Positions 17,157 through 27,285 of a DNA stretch of 37,077 nucleotides are shown in pieces; the stretch's first letter is position 1; each line of letters starts with the position of its first letter. Position numbers and translations under genes: made by a program. Under the pieces are notes generated by a model. The model was given only the letters and a program-made list of their open reading frames with translations, made no database searches and was not told the DNA's origin. The stretch comes from a virus. Taxonomy: Duplodnaviria; Caudoviricetes. The stretch lies in IMG/VR virus record IMGVR_UViG_3300003375_000069, positions 1 to 37,077 of that record. One strand, written 5' to 3'.

Positions 17157-19532
17157 ATGGCTGAAGGCCTGCTTCCCCCGGTGATCCTCGAATTGCGGGC
17201 CAAGACATCGGAGATGATCGCTGGCCTCAACGAAGCCAAAGCCGAAACAAAGGCGATGGCGGAGGAGACGGAGAAGTCAACCGGCCGCGCTGGGACTGCC
17301 TTCAAAGGCCTAGCGTCCGCTGGTAAAGCTGTCACGTTCGGGGTCGCTGGCGCAGCGGTCGCGATCGGTGGTTTCGCCCTGGAGGCGGCGACGTCGGGCA
17401 GTGTCGTCGACGCGAAGCTGTCCACCGCGATTAAGAACGCGGGCGGATCAATGGAGGAACTCGAACCGAAGATCGACGCGACTGATGCGACGATGCGGAA
17501 ATTCGGGTTCACCAACGAGCAGACGAACACTGCGTTGGCGACGGTGACGACGTCACTGCATGATCCAGCGAAGGCGCTCGGCGTGATGTCCGTTGCTGCG
17601 GACCTCGCGCGCGAAAAGCACATGGATCTGAACTCTGCGGCGCTGATGGTCACGAAGGCGATGGAAGGGCAGACGAAGCCGCTGAAGGCTCTCGGTATTG
17701 ACCTTCCGATCGCGGCGGGCAATGCCCTCGCGGTCAGCAAAGCTCAGGCGGCGCTGGCGGCGGCGCAGCAGAAAGTCAACGACATCTTGCATAAGTCGCC
17801 GGATGCGGTGAACGCGTCCAGCAAAGCTCACGCCGCATACGTCACGGCGGTTGCTGCGTCGAAGGCCGCGCAAGAGAAGCTGACGGCCACGCAAGATTCG
17901 TCGTCGCAGATCATGGCGGCGCTGACGAAAGCAGTCGGGGGGCAGGCCGCGGCGTACGGCGACACTCTGCCGGGCAAGGTCGCGGCAGCGAAAGCCGGTC
18001 TCGACTCTATGGCCGAAACCCTCGGTAAGAAGCTGATTCCGTTCGTGACGAGCGCGATCACCGAGGCGTCGAAGTTCGCGTCGTTCCTCGCAGACCACAC
18101 AGGGCTGCTGTACACGGTGGCGGGGATCATCGGCGGGGTCATGGTAGCGGCGATCACGGCTTACGTCGCGTCGTTGGCGATCGCTGCGGTTCAGTCGGTG
18201 ATGTCGTTTGCGCAGATGATCGCAGGCGGTGTGGCGTGGGCTGCGACTCAAGCGGCCAGCTTCACCGAAACAGCGGCGCTGTATGCGATGTACGTCGGTG
18301 AGGCACTCGCGTCCGCTGCGACGTGGGCGGCTGGCATGGTTGCGTCCGCTGCGACTGCCGCCGCTGGGTGGCTTGTGTCAATGGCTGGCATGGTCGCTGA
18401 AGCTGTGGTCGCTGGTGCGGCGATGATCTTGCCGTTCCTTCCGCTGATCCTCACCATCGCCGCGATCGGTATCGCTGCCTATGAGCTCTACTCGCATTGG
18501 AAGCAAGTGTGGGGGTTCATTAAGGACGTCGCGGAGGACGCCTGGGATCTGTTGAAGAAGGTTTTCGGGTTCATCGTCACGCTCGGCATCGACTACGTGA
18601 AGATGGAAATCCTCATCTTCAAAACGATCTGGAATGCGATCTGGACGGCGATCAGCGACACCGTCACCACAATCTGGGACGCGCTGAAAGCTGTGTTCAA
18701 TCTGATCGTCACGGTCGGCATCGACTACGTCAAGGCCGAAATCCTTGTGTTCAAGACGATCTGGGATCTGATCTGGACCGGTGTCCGAGACACAGTGTCA
18801 GCGGTCTGGGGCGGCCTGAAAACCGTGTTCAACGCCATCAAGACCGGTGGTATTGACTTCATCACCGCAGCTATCAACGGCTTCAAGGTCGTCTGGGATT
18901 CCGTGTGGAACGGCATTAAGACAGTCGTCAGTGACGCATGGAACGGCGCGAAAACAGTGTTCGGGCTGATCAAGACCGGCGGCATCGACATCATCACCGG
19001 CGCGATCAACGCACTGAAATCCGCGTGGAGCACAGTGTGGTCGGGGATCAAAACAGCGGTGTCGGACGCGTGGTCCTTCATTAAGCCGATCTTCGACACG
19101 ATCAGTTCCGCGGTGAGCAAAGTCAGTGGCGCGATCAGCACAGTCGCGGGCGCAGCCAGCAAAGTCGGTGGAGCGATCAGCGGCGCAGCCAGCAAAGTCG
19201 GTAGCTTCCTCGGCTTCGCTGACGGCGGGTACGTGCCCGGCGTGAAAGGCCAAGCTCTACCGGCGACTGTCCATTCCGGTGAGTACGTCCTCAGCAACGA
19301 CATGCTGGAGGGCAGGGCTCCGATTGATCCGAGTGTCGCGGCGAAACTGCCGATCCCTAAGGGCGTGGGCGGCGGGGTGTCCGGTGCCGGCGCAGCAGGC
19401 AACACCAACGACGGGACCACTTTCACGCACACCACGATCCTGCAACTCGACGGCAAGACGATCGCCCGGACCGTCGAAAAGCATCAGTTGCAGACCGGGC
19501 GCCGTCGAGGCGTCGCCTACCAGGAGGCCTAA
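17157..19532 (+). CDS. Tape measure protein
   Basis: 791 aa, Ala-rich helical, hydrophobic central segment, Trp-periodic 11/44-aa repeats, C-terminal FADGG..PG...VHSGEYVL and LDGKTIAR motifs. Confidence 0.93.
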   Translation: MAEGLLPPVILELRAKTSEMIAGLNEAKAETKAMAEETEKSTGRAGTAFKGLASAGKAVTFGVAGAAVAIGGFALEAATSGSVVDAKLSTAIKNAGGSMEELEPKIDATDATMRKFGFTNEQTNTALATVTTSLHDPAKALGVMSVAADLAREKHMDLNSAALMVTKAMEGQTKPLKALGIDLPIAAGNALAVSKAQAALAAAQQKVNDILHKSPDAVNASSKAHAAYVTAVAASKAAQEKLTATQDSSSQIMAALTKAVGGQAAAYGDTLPGKVAAAKAGLDSMAETLGKKLIPFVTSAITEASKFASFLADHTGLLYTVAGIIGGVMVAAITAYVASLAIAAVQSVMSFAQMIAGGVAWAATQAASFTETAALYAMYVGEALASAATWAAGMVASAATAAAGWLVSMAGMVAEAVVAGAAMILPFLPLILTIAAIGIAAYELYSHWKQVWGFIKDVAEDAWDLLKKVFGFIVTLGIDYVKMEILIFKTIWNAIWTAISDTVTTIWDALKAVFNLIVTVGIDYVKAEILVFKTIWDLIWTGVRDTVSAVWGGLKTVFNAIKTGGIDFITAAINGFKVVWDSVWNGIKTVVSDAWNGAKTVFGLIKTGGIDIITGAINALKSAWSTVWSGIKTAVSDAWSFIKPIFDTISSAVSKVSGAISTVAGAASKVGGAISGAASKVGSFLGFADGGYVPGVKGQALPATVHSGEYVLSNDMLEGRAPIDPSVAAKLPIPKGVGGGVSGAGAAGNTNDGTTFTHTTILQLDGKTIARTVEKHQLQTGRRRGVAYQEA

Positions 19533-20504
19533 GTGACCGCGGTCGCCTATCCGGTTGACACCCTCGTGATGTCGATCGGCAAAGAAACCACCGAAGGTGT
19601 CCCGGTCACGCCGACGCATTCGGTGCCGGTCCTGTCGTGCACGCCGGTCGACTCCGCTACGCCGCAACGCAACACGGCGTGGTCGGGGTCGGCCGCGGCG
19701 ACAACAGGTTTCGGTCCTGGCCCTCAGGTCGGCGGGATCTCACTCGCCGGGCATGTCTACGCAGACACCATCGGCTACCCCCTCGCGGGGATCCTCGGTG
19801 ATGTCACCACCACCACAGGCACACCGAACACTCACACGATCAGCCTGAATAATGCGGGCGCGCAGCAGCCACCATCGGACACAATTTATTGCGCCGACGC
19901 CTACAACTGCCTTGTCTGGGCCGGAGTCAACTACACGTCACTGTCGTTGACCTCCGACGTCCTAGGCACTTTCGATTGGTCGGCTAGCGCGCTTTGCTTA
20001 CCTGGGGCGGCGGTGGCGGCGCCGAGCAGCAATTACACGTCCGCTGCGATGTTCGGCGGGTGGCGTGGCGTCGTCACGATCGGCGGCGTCGCTGATGGCC
20101 GCGTCATATCGTCGTCGACGGTCCTCAGCCGCACTGTGGCGGCTCAACGGCCAGTGACGGGGCAGCAACTCCCGGCCAGGTTCCGGACCGAGCAACTCAC
20201 GGTCGCAGGCACCATCACCGCGGCGATGACAGACGACGCTTACCGGTTGCTGTACCTCGCTGGTTCGTCGACGTCCGTCGACGTCCTTTTCTCCCAGGGC
20301 AGCGGCGCCGCTACGCAGTCAGTGAGGCTCCATTCGTCGGCGGTCACGCTGATGAGCGCGGTCCGTTCCCGCGGATCCCGGTATCTGACCGTCGCTCTCA
20401 CATGGGAGGCAGCGGGCAGCACCGCCGACGCGGGGGCGTCCGGCGGCACATCACCTTTGCGCGCGACCCTACGTAACACAGTCGGAGCCGGGATCTACGC
20501 CTAA
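19533..20504 (+). CDS. Second tail-tube-like protein (paralog of 14946..15938)
   Basis: Colinear similarity to the major tail protein: YP..L...ETxxGxP, PNTH/PYTH, QPPSDT/QPRSST, WxxxVTxGG; similar length (323 vs 330 aa). Confidence 0.7.
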   Translation: MTAVAYPVDTLVMSIGKETTEGVPVTPTHSVPVLSCTPVDSATPQRNTAWSGSAAATTGFGPGPQVGGISLAGHVYADTIGYPLAGILGDVTTTTGTPNTHTISLNNAGAQQPPSDTIYCADAYNCLVWAGVNYTSLSLTSDVLGTFDWSASALCLPGAAVAAPSSNYTSAAMFGGWRGVVTIGGVADGRVISSSTVLSRTVAAQRPVTGQQLPARFRTEQLTVAGTITAAMTDDAYRLLYLAGSSTSVDVLFSQGSGAATQSVRLHSSAVTLMSAVRSRGSRYLTVALTWEAAGSTADAGASGGTSPLRATLRNTVGAGIYA

Positions 20505-20536
20505 CCCCACCGAAACGAGACAGGAGCCCCGGTCAA

Positions 20537-23356
20537 ATGACACAGAATCCGCTCTGGCCGGTGCTGGACTACGCGATCTGCTTTTCGGCTGGGCCGCATC
20601 AGACGAGCGTGCAGGACCATTGGGCTTCGGTCAGCGACCGCACCGAAGGCACGACCGCTATCAGCCGCGGGAAGCAATACGAGCTCGATCAGACGCAGCC
20701 CGGCGAAATGACCCTCACTTTGCGTAACGACGATGGGTTGTTTGATCCGGACAACGCCACGTCGCCGTGGGCCGGGGGCATCGACCTTTATCGGCTGATC
20801 CGGCTCCGCGCCCAGTACCCGGCGACACTGAATTTGCTGACCGCCGGGCAAGCTACCGCGGGCAGCGTGGTCTTCGATCGGCAAGGCAACAGCAGCAGCC
20901 TTGCGGTTGGGTTGCTGCCCGATACGGTGACGGCGCCGCCCGGAATCACGGCGGGCGTCGACGGCGCGGGACATTACTCGATCGCCGTCGGTGCTGGTCC
21001 TGCGGTGCTGTTGTCGGTCGCGGGGTTCAGTGTGACGCCGGGCGTGACGTACACCGCGCAGCACGTGGTGGCGAACGCCTCGGGTGCGGCTAGTCGCACT
21101 GTGCGGCTCGCGCTGGGTTTCGTCGATGTTCACGGCAATGTGATCAGCGCGGTCGCTCCAACGGGCCTCGCGACGAGCGCTACGGGTGCCGTCCAGTCGT
21201 GCACTTTCACAGCGCCACCGAATGCGGCGGGCGGTTTCGTGCAGCTAAGCGCTTCCGCTGGCACAGCGACCACGATCCTTTCGTCGCATTGGCAACTGGA
21301 GGTCGGGGCGTCAGCGTCAGCGTGGGTGCAGCCGTCACCGTGGTATCCGCTGTTCACTGGCTACATCGAGCGGTGGCCTCAATCGTGGTCGTCCCAAGGT
21401 AACTACGGCGTGGTCAATCTGACGTGCGTCGATCAGTTCACCGCGTTCGCGGCCCGGGATCTTCCCGCCCCTTTTCTCGCTGACCTATTGGCGTTGCGCC
21501 CGACCTTTCTGTACCCGCTGAACGAAGGCGCCGGCGCGACGGTATTCCAGGACGCGACGGGCAACCGCGCGCCTGCGACGATTTCCGCGCCGGGCGCTCC
21601 GTTGATTTCGGCGGGAGTGTCTGTCGCATCGGGTAGCAGCACACCAGCAGGAGACGCGCATGCGCTTAGCGGCGCTTTTCTGGGGCATCCTGGGCCGGTC
21701 CTCGATGGAGCGGTTTACCCGTCGGGCACAACTTGGCTGGTGAGCTCCGGAGCGCTGAAAGTCGGGGCTGACGTGTCAGGCCGGGTCGGCCCGACCGCAT
21801 CGAACGGTGTCACCCGAATCATCGCTACCCGCGGCACAATTCAACCGACCGACTCGATGTTCGCGTGGTCCTACACCGACGGTAGCGGCAACAGCATGGC
21901 GCTGAAGGTCGATGCCTCGACTTTGGCGGTCACTGCCAGTAGCTCCAGCAGCATCGGATCTTCGGTGTCGTCTGGGTTCAGCGTCGCTTCTCTCGGCGCT
22001 GGCGGTGTCCTGACAGACACGGACTGGCACCTATGGGCGGTGTCGATCAGCGCCGACGGCCTCAGCATGACGACATGGGTGGACGGCGACACCGCTGGGA
22101 CCGCGCACACAGTCACGGCGACCGCGACTGTCCTACCGCAATTGACGGCCGCAGGCTTGGATCTGATCGCGGCTACAGGAAGCGGCTCCACTAGCTCGGG
22201 CCAATGGGTCGGGAATCTCAGCACCTATTGTGAGTTGCCGTTTGCGATGACGGCCGAGGTGTGGCTGGACCTGTGGTCGTCATGGCGTAACGGATGGGCC
22301 TCTAGCGCGCCCGTGCCGGAAACAGCAGGCGACAGGTATAGCCGAATTTTGCGGTGGCTTGGCTACACTGGCCCGTCATCAGTGAGTGCTGGCCTGACCG
22401 CGAACTACGGCCCGGCCGTCGACGTTCCGGGAGCCAAAGGCCTACCAGGACTGCAAACGGTCGTCGAGTCGGAAGGCGGCCAACATTACGTAGCTGCGGA
22501 CGGCGCCATCGTTTTCCAGGGCCGGGAGGACCGCTACAACAAATCACCGGTCATGATCTTCGGTGAGCGCAGCGACTACAGCGAAGCGTCTTATGGTGGC
22601 GCGGTCACCGACTACGATCCGACTCGACTCGCAAACGATGTGGCGGTCACCGCGACTTACGGAGGTGTGACCGCCAGTGCCGCTGACGGCCCTCCGACAG
22701 AACCAGGCACATCACAGTACAAATACGGGGTGTTCGCGTTCACGCGGACCGTCAACACCACCAGCCCCACCGAACTGAACGCAGCCGCGCAGTACTACCT
22801 GTACACAAACAAGGACCCGATGACGCGGCTAGAGTCATTGCCGCTGAACGTCGGCGCCGCCCCTTGGCTGTGGCCGACGTTGCTGGGGCTTGATCTCGGC
22901 GAGTGCGTCGGGTTCCGGCGCCGCCCGTCCGGTGCTCCGTCGATCACGCTCAACGGTTTCATCGAAAAAATAACGTGGTCACTCAACGATCAGTTGGGCG
23001 CCGAATTCGATGGGCAGATCAGCAACGGCAAGAAGCTGCATTTCGGGGTCTGGGGCACTGCGCTTTGGGGCGCTGATCCCGGGTCAATCACTGTTAGCGC
23101 GGCGACGTCAGCGTCCGCCACGACGATCGCATTCGAAACCGCTAACGGGTTCCCGATGCTCACCACCACCGCAGGGTCGTATCCGCTGACTGTCGCAGTG
23201 GACGGCGAGAACATCATCCTCCCCGCCGCACCAACGACTGTCGGCAACATCCAGACCTACACCGGCGTCACACGCGGCGCAAACGGCACACCGCCCGCGG
23301 AGTACGTCGGCGGTGAAGTGCTGTCGATCCCTCAGCAAGGGACATGGGCCTACTAA
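20537..23356 (+). CDS. Large minor tail protein (hub-like, with CBM-like and LamG-like inserts)
   Basis: ISRGKQYELDQTQPGEMTLTLRNDDGLFDP, LFTGYIERWP, LYPLNEGAG...DWHLWAV (LamG-like), SEGGQHYVAADGAIVFQGR; C-terminal WAY. Confidence 0.85.
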   Translation: MTQNPLWPVLDYAICFSAGPHQTSVQDHWASVSDRTEGTTAISRGKQYELDQTQPGEMTLTLRNDDGLFDPDNATSPWAGGIDLYRLIRLRAQYPATLNLLTAGQATAGSVVFDRQGNSSSLAVGLLPDTVTAPPGITAGVDGAGHYSIAVGAGPAVLLSVAGFSVTPGVTYTAQHVVANASGAASRTVRLALGFVDVHGNVISAVAPTGLATSATGAVQSCTFTAPPNAAGGFVQLSASAGTATTILSSHWQLEVGASASAWVQPSPWYPLFTGYIERWPQSWSSQGNYGVVNLTCVDQFTAFAARDLPAPFLADLLALRPTFLYPLNEGAGATVFQDATGNRAPATISAPGAPLISAGVSVASGSSTPAGDAHALSGAFLGHPGPVLDGAVYPSGTTWLVSSGALKVGADVSGRVGPTASNGVTRIIATRGTIQPTDSMFAWSYTDGSGNSMALKVDASTLAVTASSSSSIGSSVSSGFSVASLGAGGVLTDTDWHLWAVSISADGLSMTTWVDGDTAGTAHTVTATATVLPQLTAAGLDLIAATGSGSTSSGQWVGNLSTYCELPFAMTAEVWLDLWSSWRNGWASSAPVPETAGDRYSRILRWLGYTGPSSVSAGLTANYGPAVDVPGAKGLPGLQTVVESEGGQHYVAADGAIVFQGREDRYNKSPVMIFGERSDYSEASYGGAVTDYDPTRLANDVAVTATYGGVTASAADGPPTEPGTSQYKYGVFAFTRTVNTTSPTELNAAAQYYLYTNKDPMTRLESLPLNVGAAPWLWPTLLGLDLGECVGFRRRPSGAPSITLNGFIEKITWSLNDQLGAEFDGQISNGKKLHFGVWGTALWGADPGSITVSAATSASATTIAFETANGFPMLTTTAGSYPLTVAVDGENIILPAAPTTVGNIQTYTGVTRGANGTPPAEYVGGEVLSIPQQGTWAY

Positions 23357-23372
23357 CAGAGGGAAACAAATC

Positions 23373-23852
23373 ATGAGCATTGTCCCGCCTAGCGTCGGTG
23401 ACCCCACCGGAGCGACATGGGCTGATGAAATTACGACAGCTATCAACGCGCTACTAAACCCGCCGCGGTTCATTGGCTCAATCCCGTCCGGGACCTACAT
23501 CACCGCAGATGTGAATTTCCCCTTCGCCGCCGATGAGGACCCACTATCAGGCTGGGACAGCAGCGACCGATGGTGGACGTGCCCTGTCGCTGGGCTGTAT
23601 GACGTCCGGGGGCAGTTCGTCGCGGGTAGCGCCATCCAAGCGATCCTGAGCGTGCAGGTCAACGGCACGCAGGTCTTTTATTCGCCGGGCGCGGTGCAGA
23701 GCGTCACGATCGACTACGGCGGCACGACCATCGCGGGGTACATCCGGTTGAACGTTGGCGATCAAGTCGCCGTGCAGTCCTCGAACACCTGGACCACGAA
23801 AACTGACACGGGCGTCGGCACGTCATTCGCTTTGCTGCGTGTGAGCGCGTAA
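23373..23852 (+). CDS. Minor tail protein with C1q/TNF-like domain
   Basis: ATG 23373 with GAGGG SD; WDS..RWWTCPVAGLYDV...VNG...LNVGDQVAV jelly-roll pattern. Confidence 0.7.
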   Translation: MSIVPPSVGDPTGATWADEITTAINALLNPPRFIGSIPSGTYITADVNFPFAADEDPLSGWDSSDRWWTCPVAGLYDVRGQFVAGSAIQAILSVQVNGTQVFYSPGAVQSVTIDYGGTTIAGYIRLNVGDQVAVQSSNTWTTKTDTGVGTSFALLRVSA

Positions 23853-23965
23853 ATGCTCGCCGACATTGTGTCAGGTCCCCCATTACAACCGCGGCAGGCC
23901 GCGAACTATCACCCGGAAGGTGGCAGCGCTAATGGCGTCAAAGCACAGAAGTAAGGAGACCCGGC

Positions 23966-24229
23966 GTGGACATCATCTATGCGGCGCTGATCACCGGAGC
24001 GTTTTCGTTGGTCGCGTTGCTGGTGCAACGGCACGTCGAGCGCGGCGCGATGACGAAGCTGTACGAGCAGAACATGGCGGAACTCAGTGAGCGCCTGGAG
24101 CGCGCCCACGCTGACCGGGTCGCCGACCTCCAGACGCAGATCGCCGATCTCCAAGCGCAAATTCGATCCATCAATCGGAAGGCCCGCGCTCATGAGTCTG
24201 ACACCGAAAGAGAACCTCGCGCGGATTGA
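23966..24229 (+). CDS. Membrane protein with coiled coil (lysis-associated, holin-like)
   Basis: AAGGAG SD; N-terminal TM helix IIYAALITGAFSLVALLV followed by heptad repeats. Confidence 0.7.
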   Translation: MDIIYAALITGAFSLVALLVQRHVERGAMTKLYEQNMAELSERLERAHADRVADLQTQIADLQAQIRSINRKARAHESDTEREPRAD

Positions 24230-24611
24230 GGAGCTACGCAACACCTCACCGTCGGCGGCGTTGCACGGCTGGAAATGGCGAGTGACGACGTATCTCGCGG
24301 TCGCCGCATCAGCGCTAGCTCTCACCGGCATCGGGTACGGCGTCTACAACCAAGAGCAGCAGACCGCAGCGACGATCTGCCAAAGCACCGTGAACAACAC
24401 GTTCCGGCAGAACCTCACGTCGACAACCGATCCGGACCGCCTCGACCGCGCAGCGAGCGACCTCTACGCGACGCGGATCGCGGAGATCCTCGAAGGAAAA
24501 GCGACAGTGTCCGCGACGCAGGCACTCGCCGACTACCGGGCTACCCGCGCGGCCGACGATGAGGCCCGCGCCGCGACTCCGATCACCACAAGCAAAGGCA
24601 CATGCCCATGA
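24192..24611 (+). CDS. Membrane protein upstream of the endolysin
   Basis: ATG 24192 in frame with track ORF 24087..24611; one TM helix, then an extracellular segment with two Cys; overlaps the endolysin start. Confidence 0.65.
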   Translation: MSLTPKENLARIEELRNTSPSAALHGWKWRVTTYLAVAASALALTGIGYGVYNQEQQTAATICQSTVNNTFRQNLTSTTDPDRLDRAASDLYATRIAEILEGKATVSATQALADYRATRAADDEARAATPITTSKGTCP

Positions 24612-25825
24612 CCGACATTTACTTCGACTTCTCCGGGGCCCGACCGGCAGTGTCAACCCTGCCGAGGGGCGTTGTCCGGTACCTCGTACCGCCGGCGAAC
24701 GTCGCCCCGGCCGCGCAGTGGAAAGCGTGCACCCTCGCCGAGCTCACCTCATACCGCAACGCAGGTAAGGACGTGGTCCTGAACTTCGAGTGGTACGAGG
24801 GCCGGATGCTCGAGGGGTACGCGGCCGGATACCAAGACGGGACCTGGGCGAAGGCGGCGGCGATCGCCCTCGGCTATAAGCAGGGCCGCGTCATATTCTT
24901 CTCGCACGACACCAGCGCCCGCAATGATTCGGCGGTCGCGAACTATCTCCGGGGTGTCATCGCTGCGATGGGTGGCTACTACATCGCGGGGATTTACTCC
25001 GGCATCGGCACATGCGCGGCGATGCTCAACGCTGGGATCGTCACGTTCGCGTGGCAGACGTCAGCATGGTCCGGGGCCGCGGTCGATTCCCGTGTTGTGC
25101 TGTATCAGCACGGGCAAGCCCTCGGCGGGCAAGTGGACGTGAACTACGTGATGCGCCGCCCCATCGGGTCTGAGCAGGACACGATGCTTGTGTCTGCGAC
25201 AGCGTCGACGGCGACGACGTTCGGCGCGGCCGCGGCGGCACTCGGAATGGTTGTTTCGACGTTGCTCGCTGACAACCCCGGGCATGTCGCGACGGACGTT
25301 ATCCCTGGCGGCGGCACGGTCCGGGTGCCCGCTGGCGTCTCAGCGGCACCAGGCGGCCCGATAACTGTCCCCGCGCCAGTCACGCCCGCCCCCGCGCCGA
25401 AAGCTACACCTACGCCCGCACCGGCCCCGGCGAAGCACGCCGCACCGACTCCTGCCATCACCACGAAATGCACGGTCGTCGTGCACCACGGCGAACTACT
25501 CGGCGGTATCGCGTCGACGTATCACACGACGCCGCGCGCTTTCCAGGCGGCGAATCCGACGAAGATCCGAAACATCAACGTGATTTTCAGCGGCGAAGTG
25601 CTTGAGGTCCCCGGCTGCCACAGTGCCAGCAAGGCAGCACCAGCGCAGTACCCGGCGAAGCACGCGGCACGAACGTACCGCTACATCGTCTCTGCCGGCC
25701 AATACCTCGACGGCATCGCAGAGGCGCACAGCATCTCGCGGGCGACGTTGCTCGCCTACAACCCCAGCTACCGCAGTCACCCGAACGACGTCCGCACGGG
25801 CGCCGTCCTCATCCTTCCCGCATAG
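24602..25825 (+). CDS. Endolysin: DUF1906/GH25-like glycoside hydrolase with LysM domains
   Basis: DFS.ARP...VVRYL...K....E...VLNFE...IFFSHD...GIYSG...WQTSAWS...YQ...VDVN TIM-barrel pattern; Pro/Ala linker; two clear and one degenerate LysM repeat. Confidence 0.9.
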   Translation: MPMTDIYFDFSGARPAVSTLPRGVVRYLVPPANVAPAAQWKACTLAELTSYRNAGKDVVLNFEWYEGRMLEGYAAGYQDGTWAKAAAIALGYKQGRVIFFSHDTSARNDSAVANYLRGVIAAMGGYYIAGIYSGIGTCAAMLNAGIVTFAWQTSAWSGAAVDSRVVLYQHGQALGGQVDVNYVMRRPIGSEQDTMLVSATASTATTFGAAAAALGMVVSTLLADNPGHVATDVIPGGGTVRVPAGVSAAPGGPITVPAPVTPAPAPKATPTPAPAPAKHAAPTPAITTKCTVVVHHGELLGGIASTYHTTPRAFQAANPTKIRNINVIFSGEVLEVPGCHSASKAAPAQYPAKHAARTYRYIVSAGQYLDGIAEAHSISRATLLAYNPSYRSHPNDVRTGAVLILPA

Positions 25826-25833
25826 GAGCATCC

Positions 25834-26403
25834 ATGAGAATCCCCGCATTCATCCACACTTACGTCCTCGACCCGTTCGAGCGTGCCGCGTCGACGTTCG
25901 TCGAGCAATTCGTCGTCATCATCGCCCCCACGGGCGTTCTCGCGGCAACGCAGCATTGGTCGGCGGCGTTGCTGTCCGCTGGGCTCGCTGCGGCTTTCTC
26001 CCTCGTGACGTCTGTTGCGACGTTCTGGGTCGCGAAGCTCAACCCCGGCACCGACCTGATCTTGCGTGTCGTGAAGACTTTCGGCCAGTCATTCCTCGGG
26101 ACTCTTGTCGCGGGCGGGATACTGAATACTCCCGGTGGATGGAAGGCGGCTCTCGCTGCGGCGTTCCCTGTTGCTGCGCTTGCCACGCTGAAGGGTCTGG
26201 GTTCGCTCGGCGCGTTTTGGTCTGAGGGCGCGTCGTTGTTGCCGTTAGCTGCGTCGGTGTATCAGAAGTTCTCACCGGAAATTCAGGCCACGTTAGGTGG
26301 TCCTTCTGGTGCTCACTCAGCGTCGGCGCCACCAGCAGCACCCGCACCTGTCGCAGCGGATCCGGTTGTCGCCGCGCCGATTCCTACGGCCCCCACGGCC
26401 TAG
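25834..26403 (+). CDS. Holin, r1t-type, tandemly duplicated domain
   Basis: ERAASTFVEQ...WSAALLSAGLAAAFSLVTSVA followed by LRVVKTFGQSF...WKAALAAA...LATLKGL. Confidence 0.82.
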   Translation: MRIPAFIHTYVLDPFERAASTFVEQFVVIIAPTGVLAATQHWSAALLSAGLAAAFSLVTSVATFWVAKLNPGTDLILRVVKTFGQSFLGTLVAGGILNTPGGWKAALAAAFPVAALATLKGLGSLGAFWSEGASLLPLAASVYQKFSPEIQATLGGPSGAHSASAPPAAPAPVAADPVVAAPIPTAPTA

Positions 26404-26406
26404 TCG

Positions 26407-26937
26407 GTGCAGGCGGTCACGGTCAACCTCGACGCAGCCGTGCCCGCCGTCGAGGCCATCACCATTCTTCAGGGCGCCGACTTCACTTTCACGATCACCT
26501 GCGTTGACGCCGCAGGCGCTCCCGTCGCTGTCACCGCCCCACAGATGCAGATCCGTAAACGTCAGTACGTCGGGTCGCGGCTGATCCTTGGCGCGCCCGA
26601 CATCGTCCTCACTGTGGTCGGGAACGTGATCACCGTGCAAATTGCGGGGTCAGTGTCGGCCGCCGTCTATGACGGTGCCGCAGCCTACGACCTCTATGCA
26701 GACCGGATTGTGTCAGGAAGCACCCAAAGAATCGCGCAAGGACAAGTCGTTTTCTCCCCGACAACGACCGACATCACGTCACAAGACGCTGCCCTAATCG
26801 TGATCGACCTCGGCAATGGCTATAGCGCTGTCAGCGGCACTGACGGCACGTTGCTGAGCAATGGCTACACGTCCGTCGTCGGCCCCGGCGCGAGCTCGCT
26901 CAGCAACGGCTATTCCACGCTCGTCAACGCAACCTAA
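26407..26937 (+). CDS. Ig/BppU-like tail fibre-associated protein
   Basis: ITILQGADF.FTIT..D..G.PV....MQIR...YDL...RIAQGQV..SP pattern; three C-terminal LxNGY[ST] repeats. Confidence 0.6.
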   Translation: MQAVTVNLDAAVPAVEAITILQGADFTFTITCVDAAGAPVAVTAPQMQIRKRQYVGSRLILGAPDIVLTVVGNVITVQIAGSVSAAVYDGAAAYDLYADRIVSGSTQRIAQGQVVFSPTTTDITSQDAALIVIDLGNGYSAVSGTDGTLLSNGYTSVVGPGASSLSNGYSTLVNAT

Positions 26938-26958
26938 GGAAATGGTGGGTGGTCTCGC

Positions 26959-27258
26959 ATGTATTTCGAAAACGCGCCGGTCTGGGACGTGACTGTTCCG
27001 ATTGCGGGAGCTTTCGCGCTTTCGCCCTCGCAGGGGGCGCTCGTCGACACCTCCGGCGGATCCTTCGTCATCACACTCTCCGACGGCCCAAACCGATTGA
27101 TGCTGGTCGGCGGCACTAAATGGCCCACGCTCACAGCACCAAATGGGTTCAGCTTCCACCCGGCTCAAGCGAACCTCATCGCCGCTTTGCTGACCTCGGC
27201 GACGGTCGGAGATGTGCTCCGCACTGAACCGGCCGGAAATTTCATCCTGTTCCAATAA
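26959..27258 (+). CDS. Hypothetical protein
   Basis: Co-directional ORF filling the gap in the operon, with a purine-rich upstream region. Confidence 0.5.
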   Translation: MYFENAPVWDVTVPIAGAFALSPSQGALVDTSGGSFVITLSDGPNRLMLVGGTKWPTLTAPNGFSFHPAQANLIAALLTSATVGDVLRTEPAGNFILFQ

Positions 27259-27285
27259 GCGCCACCTAACCGAAAGGACCGCACC

